DNA of 64,000 bases, taken from NCBI RefSeq assembly GCF_018350175.1, contig NC_058374.1:74896001-74960000 (forward strand), written 5' to 3'. The DNA is from Felis catus (lineage: Eukaryota). The notes under the pieces were generated by a model. The model was not told where the DNA came from and did not search any database. It was given only the letters and a program-made list of their open reading frames with translations. Below, in pieces: positions 22,772 through 35,867 of the stretch. The first letter of the stretch is position 1; every line of letters begins with the position of its first letter. Both the position numbers and the translations under genes were made by a program.

Positions 22772-23889
22772 GCAAGAGGGGCCCTTGAGTAAAGACCGCG
22801 GGGGAAAGCCTAGAGCGAGGTGGGGATGACCGTGCTGGGAGGAGGCGCTGGGGAGAACTGGAAGGAACGGACGGGAAAAGAAGAGGTGGTATGGCATCAG
22901 AAGCTGGAGCGAAGAGGGGGGATGGGTAGGGGAGCCGTGAAGAATCCTAGCCCTTCGGTTCATTTCCCTCCGCTAGCACGCACAGCCCCCGCCCCTGGCA
23001 ATCAGGGATGGGTGGGTGGTGCTCGGACCTCGGTACCCCTGGCTGCCTCACTCCTGTCCTGGCACTCAGCCAGTTCAAATCAGTGCACCTATGATGTTGC
23101 CTCCCTGTATTTATCCCTCCCGCCTGCTTATCTTCACACATGTGATTTTATATTTAGGTTTTATGTCTGTGTGTTTCTATGTGTGTGTCACTGTGGATCT
23201 ATAAAGGTTGCTTATATATGAATCTGCGTGCATTTCTGTGTCCTGTGCCTCTTATAACTGGTTTAGAGATACAGGAGAAGGTTCTTTTTTGCAGGTCAGC
23301 ACTCCTAACCTTCCCCCTTGTTAATGGTGAATTCTCTCCCTCACTGAAAACTCCATGGGTGGCAGATCCCTGTGTGAGTTTGTCAGTGATGAGCTCCCAG
23401 AGTGAATGAGAAGAAAAAACTCAAGGAAAATGGGATCAGCATACTCATGTTTTGTTCTTTCATTTCCAGATGTTTGCCTTCTTATGTGCACCAGTGACTT
23501 AGTCTTTTTTTTTCTTGAGAACAGCAGAAATTTGGACCTGAACACTCCAGTTAATAGGAGAGTGTCTGTATCCATATGTGTTTATTACATTCCTTTCACT
23601 GTCACTATATGCTTTCTTAAGTCCTATTTGTATCTCTATGCGTTAGAAATAGAATATGGAGCTCTCTGTATCCAAGCGTACTAAATAAAAGCTTTCATAG
23701 GTCTATGTGCGTTTTGTATTGTTCGTCAGTTCACTAATGCCTTCAACAAGGATTTATTGAACTGTTATGTGCATGGACTTCACCAGGCTTTGGTTAAGCT
23801 GTGGGAAAGTTTTAAAAAAATGAACGTGATCCCTCCCTGGAGGATTGTTCAGTCTAGTTAAGGAAAGTGGCTCGTAGCAGTCATCTATC

Positions 23890-24377
23890 CAGGGGTCTGC
23901 AAACTTTCTGTAAAAAGCCAGATAGTAAATATTTTAGTCTTTGCAGGCTATCTGGTCTCTGTCACTATAATCTACTCTGTTGTAGCACAGAAGCAGCCAT
24001 AGGATAATGTGTGAAAGAATGAGAATGGTATGGACACTGAAATTTGAATTTCATGTAATTTTCACATGTCCTGAAATGGTTTTTTAAACCATTTAAAAAT
24101 GTAAAAATCTGGGGCACCTGGGTGGCTTAGTCAGTTGAGCATCTGACTCTTGATTTTGGCTCAGGTCATGATCCCAGGGTTGTAGGATCAAGCCCTGCAT
24201 CAGACTCCTTGCTGAATGTGGAGCCTGTATGAGATATTCTCTCTCTTTGTCTCTCTCTCTCTAAAAAAAAGTTTCTTAAAGAAAAATAAAAATGTAAAAA
24301 CCTTTCTTTGTTTGCTGCCATACAAAACCAAAAAAAGGGCTGGATTTGGCCTGTGCTCTGTAGTTTGTTGGCCCCTG
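23890..24377. mobile_element. MER58-like hAT-Charlie element with an inserted CanSINE (24111-24287, +, TSD AAAAATGTAAAAA)
   Basis: Ends CAGGGGTCTGCAAACT and AGTTTGTTGGCCCCTG; SINE head GGGGCACCTGGGTGGCT; TSD at 24095-24107 / 24288-24300. Confidence 0.8.
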
Positions 24378-25859
24378 ATCCAGTCCAACCTTATTGTCAA
24401 TATATAAGAAGCAATTTAAATACCATATAAAGTAGTAATTAAGTGCTAAATGATCTAATACCAGACAATATGTGATTAGAGGAGGTCCACAAAGAATCCC
24501 TCCTATGGTAATCAGTGAAGAGTTAATAGGCTTAATATTCATAGGATTGCAGCTAGGCCCGGCCTTAAATGATGGAGTGGGATATCTGTGAAAGGGCCAA
24601 GGTGGCCTTCTGGATGAGGGATGCAGTGTGCCCAGGTACACAAATGGGAAGGAGCAAAGTAATGTTCAGGTGATGATGGGACAGAAAATTCATGGGAACA
24701 AAGGTTCAAGCTTTGGCAAGGGCTAGATCATGGAAGCTTTGAATGCCAACTCAAGAATTTGGACTTTATCCATCAGAATGGATTATATGTAGTATATCTG
24801 TGAATCTGTGTCCCATAATAACGCTATATACGTTTGTGTTTGTATGTCTTCACGAGTGTCTCATTGCATGTACTTTATTGGTATGTATGCAGATTTGTGT
24901 GTTTATGTGACCTGTGTCTTTATCAGCGGCTACCCTGATTTCCCCAGATTCACAGCAGAAACATGAGCTGTGCATAAAGGTCATCAGCCCCGGTTCAAGT
25001 GATTTGGCCCAGTTCAAGTGAATGCATTCTCAGGTCCTATGACCTACCCATGGAGGTTTATTCTATGTCTCTTGTAGAGTGGAGAAGGGAAGCACAAACG
25101 GAGACCAGCTATTGTAGTAGGCAATTCAGGTGGAGAGAGGCGCCGAGGATCGCAAATAAGAGAAGGATAAGGGAAGATAGTAAGGGACAATAGGACTTGG
25201 TAACTTTTGACTCTCAGAGTAAGGAGGAGATCAATTTAAAAATTTAGATTTTAACCTGGATAACTGGTAGAGTGATGACTCCTTTGACATTTTGTGGACA
25301 CAAAAGTGTGTCTTGTGTGTTCCTTTGAGAGAGATAAGCCCTAAAGACAACAATAGGAAGGTGTTCACATGGCGTGTGTACATAATCTATGTATATCTGG
25401 CTATGATTCTGTGTTGTTCTTCCCATTTGATAGCATGTAGTGTGAAGTGTGAAGGGCAAGGCCTGAAGATGAGTCAAGAGAGGCTCAGGAGGCAGGAAGC
25501 CTGAGAGCGATGGGAGAAGGCATGGAATGTCTTTAACCATTCCTGAGCCTGAACCATCATTTTGTGCAGGCTCAAATGTGCATGTAAAACCTCAAACCCC
25601 AGTTCCAGCTTAGCCCAATTCCATAAAACGAAACCATCATCTTCACCATAACCCTGCCTTCCCTCACTTTTCTGCTTCCACTTGGCTGGTTCTCATCAGT
25701 GCCCCAAACCTCACCCGATTCCTACCGTCTGCAGCAGCCCTTCCCTTCATTAAAAGGAGGAATCCTTGAGGCCACCTTAACTTTCCTCCTTCTTTTCTCA
25801 TTTCTGTTCAGTCAACTGCCCTTCCCCTTGACCTTAGCTTGTTCTCCAAATAGACTCCA

Positions 25860-26083
25860 ATTCAGGTGGGAGGGATTAGCCGGGACCTTTGCAGTCTTGG
25901 GTTTGATTACTGTGACATTTCAGCTTGTCAGTTTGTGGGGGTGTGGCCCTCTTCTGGAAGAAGTCCAAAACACCCAGGCTGCAAAGCTCAGACTTAGTAT
26001 AGTAGGAGAGCCTGACTGGGGTGGCTCTAGCCAGTCTAACAGAGCCATTTCCTGAGCACCTCAATCCACCTGTGTCTTAACTG
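25860..26083 (+). promoter_or_regulatory. PFKM: PFKM proximal (muscle) promoter / 5' UTR with a small optional 5' UTR intron (donor GGG|GTGGCT at 26020/26021)
   Basis: AGGAGAGCCTGACTG..GTGGCTCTAGCCAGTCTAA..CTGTGTCTTAACTG resembles the recalled human sequence just upstream of the ATG exon. Two promoters and an optional ~89-nt UTR intron are established for human PFKM. Confidence 0.55.
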
Positions 26084-26215
26084 NNNNNNNNNNNNNNNNN
26101 NNNNNNNNNNNNNNNNNNNNNNNNNNNNNNNNNNNNNNNNNNNNNNNNNNNNNNNNNNNNNNNNNNNNNNNNNNNNNNNNNNNNNNNNNNNNNNNNNNNN
26201 NNNNNNNNNNNNNNN
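26084..26215 (+). CDS. PFKM: PFKM canonical first coding exon ([29 protein letters not shown]), inferred to lie in the N-gap
   Basis: Not visible in the sequence. I did not find this exon elsewhere in the window, the 132-nt gap fits a ~93-nt exon plus flanks, and the left flank matches the expected pre-exon sequence. Confidence 0.6.
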
Positions 26216-29200
26216 TTGGGGAGGGACCAAAAAACCATGGCTGGTAGGCCCTTTTGAGTTTCTTAACTCCCTTAGCCTGTAGAATAGAACTGTCCTTAAT
26301 GTCCTCCTGCTGTAGATTCACACTGGAATCCTGAGCTTTCCCAAGAATCTCTGTCAGGTCTAAGTCCCCAAGTGCTTCTGGATATTATTTCCTCTACTTT
26401 AATTTACTCAAATCTTCATAAAACTTCTTTCCAAGTTTCTCTGAAGATTTGGGACCATTTTGTTCCTTTGGTACCTAAAAGACTGGTGTTTTCCCAAGCA
26501 TCACTAGGAAGAAAGAGACTAAAGAGATAAACTTGTTGAGAAAGCAGTAGGTGGATTCACTTCAAATACATTGAAAATGGTGGGGAAAGGGGGAGATGCA
26601 GAAATTGGTATTTGGTGGGCCCTAGCTAGATCTTCAGGTATTACCTCTGAGGTACGTAGAGTTCCTGCACCAGCCAGGGTCTGGCACCACACTCCTACAG
26701 CACATTTTCTTCTACTGGGCACAGTTCTGCTTCATGCTTAGTTTTCTCTGGCCTTTCCTCTCCTTCCATTCCTTCGTCCCTCGGATAAGCAGGAATAGCA
26801 GCAGTTAATCGGTACAGACCCACGGGGTGAGGTGGCGGGGGCAGAAAGCAAAGCCAGAGAGAACCCCTTTCTGGGTTGAGTCCCAGAAGCCTGGAAGTCA
26901 GGGAAATCAGGTATATGGAAAAATGAAGTGGGAGATAGGGAATGTGTGACTTTTTTTCCTCCTGATGATCTTGTACATTGTAATTTATAATACGTTGAAA
27001 TCTACCTTCAGAATCTCTTTGAGAGGGATACCAGGACATGGAGACTGTGCTGAGAAAAATAGAGAAGGAAAGAGATTTCAGCCAGTCTCCCCTTCACTCT
27101 GCACCACTCTCTGTAGGCTTCCTAAACTTTGTGTTAAGCACCCACTTTGCTTAGAGCCCTGCCTTGTATGTTGTGAAGAAGTTAATTTCCTTTGGAAACT
27201 TATAGTTTTAGGAGGAAAGATAGCATACATTACTGGAATTCTTATGTAAGGCTTATGAATAACAAGAATCAAGTGTGCCTAACCAAGTAGAACCCACTTC
27301 TATAATGAACAGATAGGCCTTGGTTGGATTAACCAGGGAAGAGTTCACAGAGAAGGTAGATTTCAAGAGACTGAACTCTTCATTGAATGAATTCTTCATT
27401 CCACAGTGTCTGGTGTACAAAGTAGGTGCTATATAAACGTATTCTTAGTTAAATGCAAGGGACGTTATTGAGCACCTGCATTTCAAGCAGGATGGCAGGC
27501 ACTAAGGATACATCAATGAAAAAGTTACACATTGTTCTTATGATCCTCATTGTATGTTAGTAAATCTAGGCTTTAAGTATATTTTTTATCTAATGTATAT
27601 TTAATTGTAATTGTGATATGTATTATGAACATGAGAATGCCAGAATGAGGACACTTAGGAAGAGGGGCACAGAGGTCTGAGTTCAGGAAGAGTGGCCAGA
27701 TTAGGAATGCAGAGCCCTACTTGAGGCTGACCTCGCTTTTCTATTGCTTCTCTGCTCTCTCCTGGAAAGAATCCCATGCTCCATAAACTCTTGAGTGTTG
27801 ATCCTAAAACCTTGGTAGGGTGGCCTGTGAAATTGGATTAAGTGAAGCAAGAAGAGCCTGCTAAAAATCCAAGTGAGGCATACAAAGTTAAGAATTTATG
27901 AAAAAGAAGGGCTCTCTGGAGAGGGAAAGAGGGAAAAAAAAAAAGAGACAGGGAGAGAGAGAGCTAGGATTTAACTTGGGTCTAAGAGCAGCAGAGCCCT
28001 TTCAGCTTCTGATCCTGAGCACAGAAACCCTCTTATTCTAGAGGGACCATCACCTGCTTTAAGGGAAGATCATTCTTGGAGGCAGGCGCTAGCATAAGCT
28101 GATTTCTGGAGGGCCAGCTGGACCAAGGCCTAGGGGATCCTGTGACAGGCACAGTGTACCCAGGGAAATATCCCACTGCGAGGCCACATAACATCACAGG
28201 TGCATGTGAGCAGGTGGTACAGGAAGAAACTAAGGAAGACAGGGAAGCAAAGCAGAAAACTCAAAGTAGAGTTGAGAGGTCTCAGCTGAAGGAGCAGCTC
28301 AAATAAAGTAGCGGCCTGCCCAGAGATAGGTTTAATGATCTTCAGTTCTCCGAGGGAGAGGGCACAGAAATGACTTTTAACCCAGAGGCTGTGGGCCACA
28401 TGGGAAAGTGAAGGTTGGGTTCTATAAAATCCACAGAGGCCACAGCTCTGTCATTCCCTGAGCTTAGCAAAGCCAATAACCTCTTAAAGCAGAAGAGAGG
28501 CCAGATTTCAGACACCCTGAGCTCAGAAACTGGGCTGAGTAGATACAAATTCCAGTCCAGGAATGGCCCCAGCTCTGCTAAACCATACCACATTTGCCCA
28601 CACAACATTGGCTTATTCTGCTGGAAAGGATCTCAGTCATTGCTCTAGCCCTCTGCCTTCAGATGGGCAGTCCATTCCAAATACATGTTTATCCTGTTTT
28701 TAAAGGATTACAGGAACAGGGATTCTATTACCTCTCTGGATTGCTATTCTAGGATTCATAATATTAATTACATATTTGTCAGAAGTGTAATTCAGATCTA
28801 ACATTTATTTTTCATGTTGGAATTAAAGGATTTTTTTTTCCTGTTCAAAGTTCAATTAAGGTAGAAACTTTCTAACATCTGCTTTCAAAAAGATAGTGAC
28901 CAAGTCATTTGTTTTTTCTGTCTCATGTCATAGAGACTCATTACCCATAGTTCTCCCCAAAGCCTCTTGCCTACAGGCTGTAATTAGAAACTCCAAAGTA
29001 TGTGCTTCTGATGTTCTCCAGAGCCCCTCCTGGCTGTACCCAGAATACCCCCTGGGTGGTGCCTGTAATCTTATCCTTCGTCTTGCTTCTAATAAGTCAG
29101 ACAGCTGCGAATAGAGAGTTATTTAGGGCAACATGGTACAGCTAAGGAGATCCTGGCCAGGACTGGTCTGAGGCCAGAATAGGCCAGTGATGTTAAGTAG

Positions 29201-30069
29201 AAGAGCCCAAAGAATTACTGGGACTCCCTAGCATAAGTTATGTGTATACATACTGGTCAGTGAATTCTAGGGAACCGGGGGTTTGAAATGCAGGTATAGG
29301 GGACAATTAGGGTCCTAAAACTTGATTTCTAGGAAAATGGTTGTCCAGCTTAGAGGCAGGATGACCTCTGGAGGTTAAGACTGAGGTAAGAAGGTAAAAA
29401 GGGATGAGAGAAGAGAAGAGAAAGAATCTTCTTTTCTTGTGGGATTTTTCTTCTGCCCAATAGATTTGGATATTTCCTAACTGCCATCTATTGTTTACTT
29501 TGTACTTAAAACCTTTTCAGTCATTTGTTTTTCTTAAATCTTTTCTCCCTACCCTTACTCAGCTTAGGAGTAGGAAACAGCATTCCAACCTATAAATTTC
29601 AGTAGTGTTTTTTCCTTATTTCGTAAGATTACAAATTCATACTCCAGAACTGTAGGTATCCAATAGACAAGCCCACAGGCATTGTGAAAGTCTAGAAAAT
29701 AAATCAACAATAGTTTCATTTCTGTTCTGACCTACTGATTTATCCTTACTAAGGCACTGATGGCTTTGCATTGACCCTGACTTTGTTCTTTTCATACACG
29801 CAGGCTTTTCCTAAAGCTTCTGAGAAGCCTGCTCCCATCACAGAGTTTTCCATTTTGATTCCTTCAGTTTGAGGATGTGAACCTAGACTTCTAGACTTAT
29901 GTGACTTTGCCTTAGTGATGGCGGAAGTGGGCTTTGACAGCAGTGCTCACCAGTGACCTCTTGTTGGCAAACCCAACCTTCCCGTTCTTATCTTAGATCA
30001 ATTATTGGAAGCATTTGGCAGTGTTACAACTTCTCGAAACTGTTCCCTTTGGCTTCCAAGACATGGCTA

Positions 30070-31290
30070 AGACCTGGGTTTCCTTTTGCCTTTCTTGCTG
30101 CTCCTTAGTTTCCTTCATGGAACCCATCATCCCCTGCCCATTCCCTCAGCATTGGTTTTCCTCAGCGTTCCATTCCTTGCCTTTCCCATTCTAATTCTAC
30201 ATATTCTTGTGAGACCATCTCTCCCAAGTCCACATGGGTGTCCCACAAGAACTTCAAGCTCAACATATCCAAATACGAATGTATCATCCACACCTCTACC
30301 TGCCTGAATCAAAACTTGCCTCTGCTTAGTTAATTGCACCTCAGTCTTACTCTTTGCCTGTCAGTCATGGGGCCTTTCCATCTTCTTCTCCAACACCTTG
30401 AAATCTAACCACAGTGCTGTGCTTCTCTTTCCCCATTGCCTCCTGTCCAGTGTCTCTGTTTTGTCCCAAATGCCACTCTCTCAGTCTAGGCCCTCATTTC
30501 GTCTAGGCTGCCAGAGAGCCATCTTATCCCAGCGTCCTCCACATTGCCACCAGTGATCTTTTCTGATATACAGATAGCGTCCTGTCTCTCCACTCTCAAA
30601 ATTCTTCAGAGATTCTCCATCATTTGCAACTTTTGTTTTCTAGGCCAAAGACCTCCTTAAGAATCAAATGACAGCTGTGGACCTTCTCCCAAAGGAAATT
30701 CCCATGCCCAGAAAACTTTTCATACAGTTTCATGGGTTCATGGATTTCCTGAAACCATCACCCATGGATCCCCAATCATATCCTGGTCTACAGAATAAGA
30801 GCCAGGCTTCCTCGCGTGGCATACAGGTGCCTGCTTACCTTTGAAGCTTCACTGCTCACCACTTCCTGTCTTTATCCTTTGTAATACCCAGTTACCTAAG
30901 GTTGTTTCTTGACCCTCACCTTTATTTGTGCTATTTTCCTGCCTAGAGCACTGTCCCCCAAAGTGGCCACCTGACATAAAAGATTTATAAGGAAATTGTC
31001 CTTTAGGTCTCAGGTCAAATGTTGTCTTTTCTGTATAACCTGTTCTGACTTCCTTTCTGGCAGCTTGGATGCTCCTTCTCCTTGTCCCCACTGCACTTTG
31101 TACAAATCTCCTTCATAGGGATCCATATTGTAACCATGTCATATTCTTCACGAGTCTTGAGGACCATTACTGTCTCCTGTATCTTTGCATCCCTAGACTG
31201 TATCATTCAACTGCTGTTTCCCTAGTGCCTAGATAGTGCCTGGAGTATGGTAGGTATTTAGTCAATATTTGCTCAGTGAGTGAATGGGCC
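30070..31290 (+). mobile_element. L2 LINE remnant, probably interrupted by a hAT MITE at ~30620-30790
   Basis: CTTCAAGCTCAACATATCCAAA core and 3' end CTAGTGCCTAGATAGTGCCTGG..TATTTGCTCAGTGAGTGAATG. Confidence 0.65.
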
Positions 31291-31944
31291 TTCAATTTGA
31301 TTTGGTGCTTATAGTCATCTAACACCAGCTTTCGTCAGCCTGCAGAAAAAAACCCTCCAAAATAGACATTTTGGTTTTGTTGGTTCTATTCTGCTCCAGG
31401 TAACTTTGGAATTTATAGTAGTTCATGATGGATTTTAGCAGATTTTTCTAATTACTGCTTTCTCTAGTGCTCACTGGCACATGATATTTCTCCAGGCAGG
31501 GTTAAGGACCCTAGGAATAGATTGTAGATTGAAACAAAAAAATGTTCCGGGGTATCTGAGGGCGGGTGGCTAAAATGGTTCACAAGAAATTGATCTATCA
31601 GGGCTCTGAGATTCCCTGAGCATCACCGTGAGCCCCTTCTCACATGACAGGGCAGGATGGGGTTACCAGGATCAAGACCCAGGTATGCGTTCCATGTCTC
31701 TTGGGGAAGTTCTGCTTAGCACAATTATCAGTAGCATTGTTTCTAATACAGAGGCCGTTATAGCTTCCCCCTTGTGTTGTGTGCTGTGCAGGGTGGTTCC
31801 TCCACAGTACTCTTGGGAGAGACAGTTCTCGTCACTGAGTAGCTACCGGAAAGGGAGACTACTTAACATGGGAGAGAGGGGAAAGGCTCTCCTCTCTGTT
31901 TTAGTCCTAATTAATTTTAGTCCTGATTGTCTCCCGTGGAGAGA

Positions 31945-32095
31945 CTGGGCTCTGTGACCTTGACCTCTTTGAACTTCAGTTTCCAAATCTGTAAAATGGA
32001 GGTAACTTCAGGGTTGTGGAGAGGATTAAATGAGATGAGGTTTGACAGGCGTTTAGCAGTGTCTAACCCTACTGTAAGCATTCAAGATTATTATT
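31945..32095 (+). mobile_element. MIR SINE
   Basis: CTTCAGTTTCCAAATCTGTAAAATGGAGG..GGATTAAATGAGAT core. Confidence 0.7.
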
Positions 32096-32312
32096 CCCCA
32101 GATTGCCCTGGCAGGGAAAGGTCTTAAGAAAGATGGGATTGGGGGGGGTGGGGGGGGGGGAAGGGAGATGAATTGGAGGTATATGGAGCTACATTAACAC
32201 TGAACACGATAATTTAGTGTTGGTTGGGGGGGGGGGAGGCCAGAAGACTTGGAGGAGAAGAGTATTCTAGATTCAGAGAAAAGCCTAAGAGAAGGACTGA
32301 GATATCTTGTAG

Positions 32313-32540
<228 letters not shown>

Positions 32541-33285
32541 TGACCTATCTCAGCTCCCTGTCTCCAAGAGTGTCTCTCCCTGACTCCAGTCTCCAGTAAT
32601 GATGGTAGGATATAGGGATCTACAGATTGGGTCCTCATGTTGCCCGTTCAATTTAAAGGAAGAAGTAACTCTCTTCCCCTTACCTCCACCAAAACAAAGA
32701 GAGAAGCTGAAGTGAGTATTTCAGAGAAAATTTAGTATGTCCTGAGACAGAGCCTTTGGAAAGAACAAAGTCTCATCAGATTTCTGCAGTTTGCTGTACC
32801 TTCTGAAGTTCTAACTCCTCTTCCTTCTCTCCCTTCCCTCTCATTCTTTGCCCACTCTTCTCCCTGTAAGGTTTATCTGCCTTCTCCTAAATTGTATCTT
32901 TTCAAGTCCCATTTCTCTCCTGCCATTCTTCCACCACCCTTCTCTTTTCCCTCTACTGTTATCAAAACTATCTGCTATTTAGTTCCCTGGGAAAGCAGAT
33001 TGGAGGACATGGGATAAACCAGAAGCAAGAAGAATTAGGATGAAATATTAGGAAGGACATCCTGACCTTTTGAGATTGCAGGGAAATAGAAGAGGGTATT
33101 GAAAAGTTGATGTCTTCTTCCTTGGACTGTGTTAAATATGACAGTGTCATGGGCATCCAGGGATCAGTAATGGGAGGAGATGACTTGATTCTCAGAGAAC
33201 TGCTTCCCAGAGATCCTGTCCTAATCGTGGGGGTTTAGGGAAAACTGGCTTAGCAGAAGCTGAATGGGTGTAATGTGCTCCACAG

Positions 33286-33363
33286 GGTTATCAAGGCCTG
33301 GTGGATGGTGGAGATAACATCAGGGAAGCCACCTGGGAGAGTGTTTCGATGATGCTTCAGCTG
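33286..33363 (+). CDS. PFKM: PFKM exon 4 (78 nt): [26 protein letters not shown]
   Basis: cacag| and |gtatgt; in phase. Confidence 0.97.
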
Positions 33364-34628
33364 GTATGTTCCAGAGGACTCCTGTTCCTTATTTGTCCTG
33401 TCCTTGTCCCACCCCACTCTGGTTTGGCCTCATGGTTGCTCAAGTTCCCCCCATGTGGCTCGACGTGAAGGGTTCTGTGACAAGAGAGGTGCCACGACTG
33501 CCCTTTACTCTTTGCGTTTGAAAACATCACCCTGGTTTCCTAGGGTGGCATGGGGGTGGGGGTGCGGTCACAGGACAGTTTGCTCTTCATGGAAAGGTCA
33601 CAGGCAAGACTTAAGGAACTGGCACGTAAGCAGGACTTGCTCTGGAGTCACAGGGAAGGTCTGGCCAGGAAAATAACCTTCCCAGAGGCCTGGGGCCAGA
33701 GCCAGAAGTAGAGCTGAAATCTGCCGGTCCTCATGTGATGGTGAGAAGGTCACTTGAAACCACACTGTTTGAGGGAGGAAGGAACCAGCACAGCCTTTTA
33801 GAGTTTCCAAAAATACCTTAAGATTATGCGGATTGTATCCATAACCCTTTTGTGCTACTTTCCGTAAGTCATTATATACCTATTTTCTGATTTACTGAAA
33901 AATCCACAAATTACATTTGTACCCCCATTCTTTACCGCAGTCCTCTAAAAATCCATGGGAAGAAATACAATATGCAGTACTTAGCGAAGATTCTTTATAG
34001 GCAATGGTGCCTGCTGTTAAGTGGTCTGAAAATGAGTCAGAATTCTCTATCAGTACTCCCAAAGGCATGAATGCCAGAAGCTTGTACGATTTGTGAAAAC
34101 CCTAAGTATACTTACCTCTCCTGGGGCATCTATAAGTCCCTGGGGATTTAAGCCTTTCTATACTCAGAACTACTTTTCCTGTGAATATGTGGATATTATG
34201 TCTCCTTCCACGAGCACCATAGATCCCGAGGAGTGAAGGGGAAAGGATTGGCAGGGCCTGGTTACAATTAGAAATCAGTGAGTTCAAGAGGGAAAGCACA
34301 TTGGGATGACCAAGCACGTTGGGATGAACTGCTAATTATAGTGTGGACACAATCCAATGAAGTCAGGCCACTGGGGAGAATTTCCAAAGACTAAAGTCAG
34401 TGCTACATCTTATATTTCTAAGAACATGTGAAAGACGGAGATTGTCCAAAAGCCAACAGTATGTATGTATTCCTTTGCTCTCCTTGAGGATAATCACTTT
34501 GATGACAAAGCCTTCAATGAAATGGGTTAATCTTAGCAGTCTTCTAAGAGGTGTAGCAGAATATAGGAATGACCCTATGATAGCTCAGCCAGAATTATTT
34601 CCCTTTCCTTTAGAAAGAACAAATGACT

Positions 34629-34836
34629 TTTTTTTTTAAAGTTTATTTATTTATTTTGAGAGAGAGTTGTGAGTGGGGAAGGGGCAAAGAGCGAGGGAGA
34701 GACAGAATCCTTAGCAGGCTCTGCACTGTCAGCGCAGAGCCCAAGGCAAGGCTCAATCCCACGAACTGCAAGATTGTGACCTGAGCTGAAATCAAGAGTC
34801 GGACACTTAACCAACTGTGAGCCACCCAGATGCCCC
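34629..34836 (-). mobile_element. CanSINE (older), TSD TAGAAAG(A/G)A(C/T)AAATGACT
   Basis: SINE body; 18-bp TSD with 2 mismatches (34611-34628 / 34837-34854). Confidence 0.93.
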
Positions 34837-34913
34837 TAGAAAGGATAAATGACTCTTAAGGATGTCAGGGCACTTCCTAGAAAGCCAGGTAGTTATGACA
34901 GCTCATCACAATG

Positions 34914-35233
34914 TTGGAATAGGGGAAATCTTAGCATGTCGAGTCCAAATTTGGCTGTGTCATCTGGGGAGCTGACTTCTTTTTTAAAATTTTTTTTTTC
35001 AACGTTTATTTATTTTTGGGACAGAGAGAGACAGAGCATGAACGGGGGAGGGGCAGAGAGAGAGGGAGACACAGAATCAGAAACAGGCTCCAGGCTCTGA
35101 GCCATCAGCCCAGAGCCCGACGCGGGGCTCGAACTCACGGACCGCGAGATCGTGACCTGGCTGAAGTCGGACGCTTAACCGACTGCGCCACCCAGGCGCC
35201 CCTGGGGAGCTGACTTCTACTTCTTCCCCACAG
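34914..35233 (+). ncRNA. MIR6505: Homolog of the human PFKM-intronic mirtron MIR6505, split by a SINE and probably not processed
   Basis: 34914-34935 TTGGAATAGGGGAAATCTTAGC versus recalled hsa-miR-6505-5p UUGGAAUAGGGGAUAUCUCAGC. 35211-35233 TGACTTCTACTTCTTCCCCACAG versus recalled 3p UGACUUCUACCUCUUCCAAAG, ending at the 3' splice site. Confidence 0.5.
34981..35201 (-). mobile_element. Young felid SINE (SINEC_Fc2-like), exact 17-bp TSD CTGGGGAGCTGACTTCT (34964-34980 / 35202-35218)
   Basis: CpG-intact SINE body, perfect TSD; about 5 differences in ~200 bp from the copy at 62.6 kb. Confidence 0.97.
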
Positions 35234-35867
<634 letters not shown>

